A stretch of 64,000 nucleotides of DNA from the human T2T-CHM13v2.0 reference genome, Homo sapiens, in the NCBI RefSeq assembly GCF_009914755.1, contig NC_060928.1, one strand, 5' to 3'. Below the pieces are notes generated by a model. The model made no database searches, had not been told where the DNA came from, and saw only the letters and a list, made by a program, of their open reading frames with translations. Positions within the stretch are counted from its first letter, which is position 1, and every line of letters begins with the position of its first letter. Positions 29,065 through 39,835 of the stretch are shown here, in pieces. Both the position numbers and the translations under genes were made by a program.

Positions 29065-29110
29065 AGCACTTCATCCAATATTCCATATTGGATGAAGTGC
29101 TCTACAATTG
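29056..29110. repeat. Perfect inverted repeat, 26-bp arms, 3-nt loop
   Basis: caattgtagagcacttcatccaatat-tcc-atattggatgaagtgctctacaattg. Confidence 0.97.
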
Positions 29111-30609
29111 GATATATAGTCCAAGTTGTGGAATATATATTCTTTTCAAGTGTATGTGGTACATTCCCAAAAATAGACCATCTACAGGTCATAAATATGT
29201 CTCAATATATTTCAAAAGATTGATATCATACAGAGTATGTTCTATACCATAGAAAATAAATTAAAGATCAATGATTATCTATAAAAACCTCAACTGGAAA
29301 TTAAACAATATACTTATAAATGACTAATGGCTCAAGAAATCATGGGAGAAATTACAAAATATTTTGAATTAAATAAAAATAAAGGTTAAAGGTACAACAC
29401 ATCAAAATTTGTGAGACACAGTGCTTAAAGGGAAATTTTTAACGTTTAATGTCTATATTCACTGTCAGTGATATGTTTTCATTGTAAGAATTTCAAAAAA
29501 TATAAACATATTAAAACTAAAGTAAGCCAAATAAAGGAGGAAATACAGAGCAGTCATTTTTAAAAATGGAAAAAATGAATGGAATATTAAGTCAAACTCA
29601 GTTATGCAAAAAATGACTACAAAATATATACCACTTTAGCGAAATTGATAAAGAAAATGTCAAACAAAAATGAACATTCAGGAAGGGAAAGATTGTCACT
29701 ATAGATTCTATAGACATTAAGAGAATGACAACAGAATGTTATAAACAAATACAATTCTAGTTGAAGTGGAAAGATTTCTTGAAAAACAAACCAAACATAG
29801 GAAAAATTAAAATATTATTTCAGTGATACTGAAGAGTAGAGTCAATAGATTATTCAGTATTAGTGTTGCCTCATTTGGATACCTATATGAAAAAAAATGA
29901 AATTTGATCCCTTCTTTCCACTATGCATAAAATTTAATGCTAGGTATATTACAGTTTAAGTGTGAATGGCAAAACAATAAAACTTGTAGAAGAAATAAAG
30001 CTCACCTGGAAGAATTCTGAGCACCTTTGAGACTACACTTCAGGATGTTGACCTATTTGTCAGCTTGCGTGACTGTGCATTGAGCAGCAGCAGGCATGGT
30101 GACAAGACATGCTGCACAGAAATGCCTGAGCACATTACGGGGAACAAAGTTCTCAAAGTTATGGCTTCAAATTTTACATGTTCTGTTGCTGAGTTGCAGC
30201 TCCACCTGCGAGTACCTGTTCTTGGTCTGGAAGCATAGCTGTAGCTTAATTAGAATGGTTAAGACAGGAGTTAGGTTTTTTTTTAATGTGGTTACTCAAA
30301 AAATAGTGCTTGTAGTCTTTCTTGAGAAAAATCGTTTGTCTGAAGAGAAACTGGAGATTTTTTTTACACTGTTGTAGAGCACACAGTGTCTTAGGTGTCC
30401 CAGTCTTTAATAGGTGATTTATGAACTGCTGCTGTTAACATTTATAACATTCACTTTACACATTTCCTCACCTCACATGGAGCTTAGCATCTTTGTGATA
30501 TAAATGGGGTATAGGGAGGAGGGCAATGCTAATATATCCAGAAGCTGTGTTTGTGCCTTAGATTGTGCCTGGTAAACTGTATCCATTATGAATATTTGAA
30601 GACGAAATC

Positions 30610-30890
30610 CACTTTGGGAGGCCGAGGCAGGAGAATTGCTTGAGGACAGAAGTTCAAGACCAGATAGGCTAAGATAGTGAGACTTCCTCTCTGTAAAATA
30701 TTAAAAAAAAAAATTAGCTTGGGCTTGGTGGCACATGCCTGTAGTCCCAGCTAGTCAGAAGGCTGAGGCAGGAGGCTTACTTGAGCCCAGGAATTTGAGG
30801 CAACAGTGAACTATGATCACGCCACTGCACTCCAGCCTGGGTGATAGAGTGAGATGGTGTCTCTATAAATAAATAGAAAGAAAGAAAATA
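30610..30890 (+). mobile_element. AluJ, slightly 5'-truncated
   Basis: Dimeric Alu; TSD aagacgaaatc (30599-30609) / aagaagaaatc (30891-30901). Confidence 0.9.
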
Positions 30891-31339
30891 AAGAAGAAAT
30901 CTACATCAAATTTTTATTTCTAGAGAGGTTCTCCAGTTAAAAGTTTATAGCTATAGTCTAAAGAATGCTTTGAAAAAATCTTTTAATACTGCTACCGTCA
31001 TCCCTAAATGGGATGGAGGTAGCTGGACCATGAGAACACTATTGGCAACTGGATATGCCTCACCTGTTGCTTTCCATTGTTTTTCTTTTCCCATGCTGTT
31101 TGAGTTTGTCTTCCATTCAGTGGCTTATCTCTCTCATTTAAATTATCTTTCAAACTGAGTTTTTTTTCTGGAAAATATTAAACAGTGCTCTATAAACCTA
31201 AAGGAAGGACAACAGTCTGGATTCAAAATACTGCAGTAAGATCTCTGTTAGCACCACAAATTGCCTGGATTTAAGGATATTTTATGTTGCTTGCTCTGCA
31301 TATAAATGAAATAATTTATATCCTCCTTCCTTCTCTCTT

Positions 31340-31840
31340 TCTTCGAACAACAAATATTGATTGAGAGCCAGTTACATCCTACATAAAGAAAATATAGAAT
31401 TGAACAAAATCAAGACCCTCATTTTCTAATGGAAGGATATGGATAACTAACACAAACATATAATATATTACATAATGAAATGTACTATAAAGATGAATAA
31501 AGCAAAGTGAAGACTGGGTGACTGATAGAGATGAGGGGATATGTGGTGTTATTTTATAGAGGGTTGTCAGGAATGTGACATTTGATTGATACCTGAAGGA
31601 ACTAAGAAATGAGCCATGTGAATACCAGGAAGCACAGGATTTCAAATAGGAGATAGCAAGTGAAAATGTCCTGATGTGGGAGTTTGCTTGGTGTGTTAGA
31701 GCAACAGCCACAGGGTCCTGTAAACCTGGAGGAGAGTGAATGATGTGGGAGTTGTGGCCATGAGGTCTGACAGATGAGTTTTAGGTAATAGGTTTGAGAT
31801 TTTACTTTAAGTAAAATAGGAAGCCAAAGGAAGAGTTTAT
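31340..31840 (-). mobile_element. L2 3' fragment
   Basis: caacaaatattgattgagagcc...gagccatgtgaata...gcttggtgtgttagag. Confidence 0.7.
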
Positions 31841-32284
31841 CTGTAGAAAAATTTTTTAGATGAGTTTTTGCTAAACTTTCTGAAATTCCTTAAATTGATT
31901 AAATGTTCTAGTTCCAATTCTGCTGGGCTTTATATTCAAAAGTGGAAAGAAACTTTCATATATTCAATAAATATAGATACATACTATTCTGAGGAAGTAT
32001 GTGATTTCCCAGAAGTAAATAATAACAACATTCTAAATTGATAAATAATAGCAATATAATCCTATTCCAGCTGTTTCAAACTATGTGTAGAAGCAATTGG
32101 AACACTGTTAATGGCTGCCAAGAGTCAGGATGAAACTTGAAAATTAGGATGAAACTTGAAAATTATTTCTTAATATTTCCTCTCATAAAAACTCCTGTGT
32201 ATTTAACCATTACCAAACACTGTCAAAATAAATGAGGCAATTAGGATTCTGAACTTGAATCTGACCAGGATGAGTTGGTATGAG

Positions 32285-32470
32285 TAAACTCTACCACATC
32301 TACCAAGCGATGTGACCTTGGATGAATTTCCCCAGTGTCTTCAAGTCTCACTTTCTGTATTCCTAGCATGTACATAATAGTTCCTAATTCATGGATAATG
32401 TATGTAAAGCACTTAACCCAGTTTTTACCACCTAGTAAGCATTTAAAAATAATAGTGGTTATAATAACTA
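32285..32470 (+). mobile_element. MIR
   Basis: tgtgaccttggatgaatt...atgtaaagcacttaacccag. Confidence 0.6.
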
Positions 32471-32889
32471 TCTTGTTCTTGCCTCTTCTAGTATTACTAA
32501 ATATTGGGCAGACTAAAATAAGTTACAATATTTGCAATGAGTTGACTGTAGCCAACATGAATATTTATTAGTGTACTCATTTTTTGTTATTGCTAGGATC
32601 TAAAAATAATATGCACAGGAATAAAGCAAAGAAAATACCCTATTAATGCAAATAACTTAAACCGATAAGCAATACATACTTTTATATAAATCAATGAACA
32701 TCTGATTTTAATTTTGAACTACCCAAACTCTTATCAGGACCTTTTTTTTCAATTCAAAGAACACAAGTTTAACAGTGCCTCATTTGTCCTTAACTCACTC
32801 TGACATCTTGTTGATTATACATGTTCAATAAATGCTTGACACACACAGAGGGAGAGGTGGGATTTAAAAAGTAAAATATCTTCCTGAAT

Positions 32890-33535
32890 TTGGGATCCCT
32901 GTGCACTGCTGCTAGGAATGTAAATAATACAGCCACTATGGAAGACAATATGTAGAGTCCTCAAAAAGTTAAACCTAAAATTACCACATGATCATGCAAT
33001 TACACTTCTAAGATTTACACAAAACAACTGGAAGCACAGACTCAGACAGATACTTGTACACCAGTGTTCATAGCAACATTATTTACAATAGCTAAAAGGT
33101 GGAACAACCCTTTTACACAGCAGACAACGAGACAAACAAATTGTGGTGTATATATTAATATACAATAATATTCGATGGAATATTATTCAGCCTTAAAAGG
33201 GAATAAAATTCTGATAATGCCCTAATAAGGGCAAACCTTGAAAGCATATGCAGTTTAAAATAAGCCAGCCACAAAAAGACAAATATTATATTATTCACAT
33301 ACATGAGGTACCTGGAATAGGCAAATCCATAAAGACAGAAACAGAGGTTACCACGGGTGGGGAGAGGGGTCAATGGGGAGTTATTGTTTAATAGGTACAG
33401 AATACAAAGTTCTGGAAGTGGATAGTGGTGACGGTTGCACATCATTGTGAATGTAATTAATACCACTGGATTGTACACTTAAAATGGGGGGAAATGTTAA
33501 GTTTTATGTTATGTGTATTTTACCTCCATAAAAAT
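32890..33535 (+). mobile_element. L1MB-type 3' end
   Basis: gtgttcatagcaacattatttacaatagctaaaaggtgg...ttgtacacttaaaatgg. Confidence 0.85.
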
Positions 33536-35173
33536 ATCTGTTCAGAATTTTAAAAAGGTAAGCTGTCTCCACAAGTACATTTATTAAATATTTCTCAGAT
33601 ATAACTACTTCTGTAGTGTTACATACTGGGTTATCCATTCATTCACTGAGAATTTATTACATGTTATGGTGGTTTTCTCAGCTCATTTCCCAGAGGACTG
33701 TGCATCAGCCATATAGTTTGGGGATGGGGGGCAGGGTGTTGGTGTTTCCACGCTCTCTGGGGTTGTTTTAGCCTATCATTGTAATTTGGTGCCCCTTGCT
33801 ATGGAGATTTTTCCATAGATGGGTTGTTGCCTAGATCTAAGACAATATATTAAGGGCCACAAAATGTCTACGAAAGGAGAATGGCTGTAGAATAGCTACC
33901 CCAACTACTGCAGGATTCCATTCTCCAAAAAAAATGGAAAAATTGACTGGGCCATAGACATTTTTATAACCTAGCAACACAAATCACAGACAACTTATAC
34001 CAAAAACTATGTCCCAACTAAATTCACTGGCATGTTATGAAAGATTAAAGGCTCATCTGTCCTCAGAAAAAGTGTCAGTGCTTTGTTATTTTTTTTTTTG
34101 GGTTTAAAAATAGCTTGAGAGCTACTGGGAAAACCACTGGCAAAGAGGAGAAGCATGTGAAGCTATAAAAAATTATCTGCTTTTTTTTTTGGTTGTTGTT
34201 TAATATGGTAAATGCAGAATGGTGCTGTGTGCATTCTTAGGTTCATTTAACCTAAACTCTGTTATTCTGCCCAAGAACATTTGGAACAGATCGTGTCCAC
34301 TCCCCCTACCCACAATGTTAGTTAAAGCAAGAGAGTCATCTGAAGCAGAAGGAGACAAATTGTTCCCAGTCTGAAACTATACCACCTTTGCTGCAGGGGG
34401 AAAAGAATACAATAGTGGAAGTTATTTTGGTGCTGCTTCTCTGCTGAGTAAATGCAGGCTTGTGCTCCTTTTTCCTTCGTCCTCCTTCCCTCTCATTTTC
34501 CATTATCTGTCAAAAGAAAAACTTCAAAGATACATTAAGATAAAGTACAATTTAAAAGATGAGGACAAATAACTGAGACACATATCTTAAAGAAACAATG
34601 TTTACATTCTGGTTTTGACTTTTTAGGAATACCAGGGTACACAAGGTTCATTTTAGTTTAACTTTTGAGAAGAGGAATGATTTCATATCCAAGGAGAAGT
34701 ATGAAGTGGAGTTTAGGAAGTAAAATTGCTCTCAACAAATACATGGAAGGGAGGCAATGTTAGAAAAGCTACAAAACAGAAATCATAATGTTCCAAATCT
34801 TAAGACTTCCAAAGCATTCAAGCTCTGTCATCAGTGCAGATGGCCTAATTATGAAGAATAAATTGACAAAAATTGTCATGTGCTTTTCTAAGAGTGCTTT
34901 GGTAAATCAGAAACATTTCTGATTTCTCCTGCATCCAAAAGGAGACAAATGATTGAAGGTTTTCCAAAACAAACAAATATAAGAGGAATGACTGGGAACA
35001 AAACCCAAGAGAGATGCTGAGGAGATGTGGGACCTGCCATACAATAGGAATTTTGGAGAAACTTGGTTTCTTGCTGCTCTTCATGGGAATTTTGAGCCAT
35101 TGCTGTGTGCACATGACTTTAAGCTTTCTGCAGACAAGGGAATCTGGAGGTCTATGTTTAGAAACCTAATGGC

Positions 35174-35500
35174 GGTCGGGCGCGGTGGCTCATGCCTGTA
35201 ATCCCAGCACTTTGGGAGGCCGAGGCGGGCGGATCACGAGGTCAGGAGATCGAGACCATCCTGGCTAACACAGTGAAACCCCGTGTTACTAAAAATATAA
35301 AAAAATTAGCCGGGCGTGGTGGTGGGTGCCTGTAGTCCCAGCTACTCGGGAGACTGAGGCAGGAGAATGGCATGAACGCAGGAGGCGGAGCTTGCAGAGA
35401 GCCAAGATTGCGCCATTGCGCCACTGCACTCCAGCCTGGGCACAGAGGGAGACTCCGTCTCAAAATAAAAAAAGAAATTAAAAAAAAAAAAGAAAAAAGA
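35174..35500 (+). mobile_element. AluY
   Basis: Y diagnostics (gagatcgagaccatcctggctaacac, gaatggcatgaac, ggagcttgcag), many CpGs retained, perfect TSD agaaacctaatggc (35160-35173 / 35501-35514). Confidence 0.95.
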
Positions 35501-38500
35501 AGAAACCTAATGGCACGGCTAAGGAATTATTTCTCTAAAGAGATAGAAACGGAAGAATGTGTGGGCAGTGAGTAGGAAAGTTTCTGTTCTTCTGATTTAA
35601 AATTATTATTAAAAATTATCCTTTGCAGCACTGCAGCTAATTTGAGTGTGTAGTGGGAGGGGTCAGAGTAGGAGAGCTGAGATTTCATTGAGAATCTCCA
35701 AATCAAAACTGTCCATGGAGGCTCAAGGCATAATACTATATCTTGTTTGTAACTCCTTTTTCACTATGTTTTATATGTGTTTATTATGCAAATAAAATTA
35801 TAATCATAGCAAAGATTCTGAAAGAAATATATTCACTCAAAAGTCTGTATATTAAACCACTGGTGATACATTTTATTTGCTCTTTTTCATTGTTCCTTTA
35901 AGGTGTTATTCATATATATCCATCTCATTTTTTAGTGGTTATATTCACTTCATGGATTAAATTTTGAATTCAGTCTTTTTACCCTAGCATTTGTTTATGG
36001 CAATTATTCCATGTTCTTGTTAGTTTTAAGATAATCGCATTAATGGCTATAACTGCCTGTTTCTGTAGTGTTTAACTGTTAAGTTTTACCAATTTGTCAT
36101 AGTCATAAATAATGTTAAGAATGGGTACTAACATTTCTTTCAGAGAGGTGCTGTCCTGATAAAAATATATTGCAAATGCCTAAGGTACAAGGCGAGATAT
36201 TAAGGCTTCAGTTAAGACAACGACTTTTGAGAAGAGTGGAGAATGAAAATGGAAATAGAGGAGACACTACTGAGGTTACGAGAGAGAGAGAGAGGAAAGT
36301 GAAAGCGGGAAAAGTTGCTAATAATACTGATATGCTCACCGTTGTTAAGCTTTATTTCAATTTTTTTCTTTAGAAATATGTAAAGAGAAAACATATTCTT
36401 GGTTCCTGATAACGATTGCCAAATTACTTCTCAAAGAGCTTCTCAATGACATTGCTATCAACATGAAATGAGAATAATGGATTCCTGAAAATATTAGCAG
36501 CTTCTGTGTGTTACACAGCATTTTCATGAATCTAATAGAATCAGTAATGGTGTTACAGTAGGTAGTTGGTCACACATGATCAGGGCAAGAGAGGGCTCCT
36601 TGCATCCCACCAGAAATGTCAGCTGAACATCAGATGACGGTCAGGCAGTTGTTAGCGGTCTCTCTAAAATAATAGTTGGGCACATCCAGCGCCAGGGAAA
36701 GGTAGTCTCCCAATAGATAGAAAAACCTGAAACTGGTGATCAGCTTCCTGATAAGGTCTCAGGAGTTGGGTGACTGGGCTCGAGCATGAACACTAAGAGG
36801 AAAAATGGCAAAGTTTAACTGGTGTATGAATTCCCCTAGGAACACTCAACTGGTATGAGAAAAATGCTTGAAGTGAGCACATGCACAATTCCAGTAAACA
36901 CACTGAGCATGCAGCCACTCCCAAGAGCTGGCAGGCCACTGCACATACAAATAGGCCACCCCAAGGGAAGAATTGGGAGAAGGGATGAAAGACCTCAGAA
37001 GTATGCCAACATGTAAAACTCCAAGTCAAAGATCAAACAGGGCACTTGATCTCTCAAGTTGCCTGCTTGGCCCTCTTCCAGGTACAATTTATTTCCTTTT
37101 GTTCCTGCTCTAAACTTTTTAATAAACTTTCACGGCTGCTCTAAAACATGCCTCAGTCTCTCACTCTGCTTTATGCCCTTCAAATTCTTTCTTCTGAGGG
37201 AGTAAGAATTGAGGTTGCTTCAGGCCCATACAGATTCACTGCTGCTGACATACTTTGGTGCCACATGACTTGGATACATTCCCTAGTGGTAACACACCTC
37301 TATGCCTTGCCTTCTTTGGCTGAAGGTGTTCAATCCTTGTACACAGTTTCCTTCTCCCCTTTCACTGTCTTGCTTACTAACCAACCCGCTTTCAGCCACG
37401 GTGGCTCTGCTCCCCGTGGCTGATCCCTCAGCTCACTCTGATGGGTGGCTTGCAGGGTTGGGAAGGACCTTGGAGTCTGCACAGAGTAGAACTGAGACAC
37501 TAATGGCCCTCCTGGATGAGAGGCTTGTGAGAGTGGTAAGTCTAAAGTGTAAGACCATGCAATGTCTGCAGTTTCCTCTGCTTTTCCAACTAAAATTGGC
37601 TCTTTCCCCAAAACCCCCACGACCTGTTCTCCATGCGTATTCTGAAATGGCCGTGTGCACCACAAGACCATCCATCTCTGCCTCTTCTTTACTTTCACCT
37701 CACATGCCACATGACTTCTTAAATACATAATCCCTGTTAGTCATGTACCTGTGGCTCTTGCATTAGCATGGAAGCAAATACGCAGGCTCTCTTGCAAATA
37801 TCCCCTGAGATTTATTTGTTTTTACCCTACCAGCTCAGATTACTTCCAACTCTTCCCATCTGCTGGCACATTGCTGGGACCAACAGTAATTGGAACCTGG
37901 ACTCTGCCAGCTCTTTATGACTTACCATATACTTTTTGTCCCTGTTATACTCCAGGGCTAAGTTTTTTGGTGGCTTTTGAAGCAGTTTGTCTGCCTGCAT
38001 GGGGCCTCACTCGGTGTTTTTTTAAGGATCCCACCTACCTTCTTTTTTTGAGTTAGCACCCCTTTAGGAGGAAGAACAGTTATTCTCTTGTCATTTGCAA
38101 GTTCTTTCCCCAAGGCCCAAGTCCTCTGGAGGTTACTGCTTTATGTCAAGAGGGCAAATAAACGTTTCCCTCTCAAATCTAAGGGCTGCTGTTTCTGCAA
38201 GTATATGAAGGCTTTTTATGAGTATCCCTCTTGCTTCCTCCCACTTACTCCTACTCCTGTTCCCTCAAATTCTCTGACACTTCCATACCCTTTTCAACAT
38301 GCATCAAGACCTTCAAGATCATATTCAAAGGGAGAGAAGTCCAGTCCCTCGCAGTAGTTAGCTAAAAAACAGGCTTCTCATCTACTCAAAGACCATGGGA
38401 AATAGGAAGCTGAGAAAAGAGATAATCGTTTTGTTGGTAGAATACTCTGAGTGAGAGTCACTGTAAGGTCATGGAGACAAGGATATAGCCCAGCCCAAGA

Positions 38501-38822
38501 CCACAGGTTCAAGGGACCCATTAGAGAGAGATGAAGGTTGGTTCCAGGCTAACACATTACCACTAGAACAGAGATAAAGACAAGGTTAAGACTGGTTATT
38601 TCAGAATCCCAAGGATGAACAGTTGGCTCCCTGTCACTCCAGTATCTCCTGTGTTCTCAAGTGGGTAATTGTGACAAGATGAGACCAAGGTTAAGGGTAC
38701 ACAGTAAGACAGATTTATTCCAGAATGCTAAGGACAAATAGGGGATGCCCTATTCAGGATAATAGGAAAGTAAGAGGGACACCTTCTTTTTCCTTTTTTT
38801 CTCCTCTCTTGTCTCTTCACAG

Positions 38823-39835
38823 ATGAGTAATTCCATCTCCATACCAGAGGATTTGCCCCTTGGATTATTCCCAAAAACTGGAAAAAGTTTGATTCTCCTA
38901 AACCTTAAAAAAAAGCCAAAAACTAGTTTTACTTTGTAATACTGTTTGACCTAAAAATGAACTGGGTGAAAATACAAACATCAGCCTGAGACCCCAGTAA
39001 CCTTATGCAGGAAATCCTCAAATTAGCCTCTTCAGTCTTTTACAACTGAGAGCAGAATAAAGAGGACAGAGGGAAAAAGAAGAACAAACACAAAGATAAG
39101 AGGCAGGCTCAACTATTGGCTGCTTTATAAGCTCTCCAGTCCCCTCCAGGTCATCCTAAGGACACTCCTCCAGGTAACTGCCATCGGTATGGAAAGCCAG
39201 GCTCACTGGAAGGCAAACTCCCCAATGGGTTAAATAGGAAAAAGCCCTGCATTGCTTGCCCCCTCTGCCGCAAGCTCAACCACTAAAACTGGACTGCCCT
39301 GAAGGCCAAAGGGCCCCCAGGATGGAATCCCAACCTTTGATGAGCTTGAGCTGAAGGGGCTCTCTGCTCCAGCCAACTCCAAGATTAGACATCATCAACA
39401 ACAGGGCAAGAGCAACTTTGGAGGTGGCAAGTAAAATTATAAATTCACCTTTTAGGTTCAAGAGCTTCCTACTCTGTGCTAATATCCTTTGAGCAGCTGT
39501 CCTCCAAATCCTGTCAGGTAATGGGGTAAATGACAGCTCCTTCTCCTAAAGAAAAGGATCACGACCCTTTGGGGCAAAAATATACTTTTCAAAATGGGTG
39601 CCAGCTTAATATTTACTCAACCTCTAAATTTGTCTTTTGCTCTAGTATCCCTATTTCTTCTGGGAAAGATACCTAAATCTTTAACCAATAACTTTGACTT
39701 GGACTGTCTTTCCTCAGGGGTTTAGAAATAGCCCACCCTTATTTGGATAGACCCTAGCAAAAAATCTAACTGAGCAATCTCTTGAAGGGGGATAACTCCT
39801 ACAGTATATAGATAAACTCCTTATCTGTTCCCCCT
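38823..39835 (+). pseudogene. Collapsed gag-pro-pol remnants of the MER50 internal region
   Basis: Matrix-like start at 38823; two decayed CCHC knuckles (about 39179-39300); RT remnant TWTVFPQGFRNSP...LLQYIDKLLIC (39697-39830). Confidence 0.75.

Noticed and set aside
33876-33926. Imperfect hairpin ggagaatgg...ccattctcc followed by an A-run
   Set aside because: Only a 9-bp outer stem with an irregular interior; compatible with chance in 64 kb.
37302-37730. Overlapping 142-aa and 132-aa ORFs on opposite strands
   Set aside because: They lie in the GC-richer ERV leader upstream of gag, with no recognisable protein motifs.
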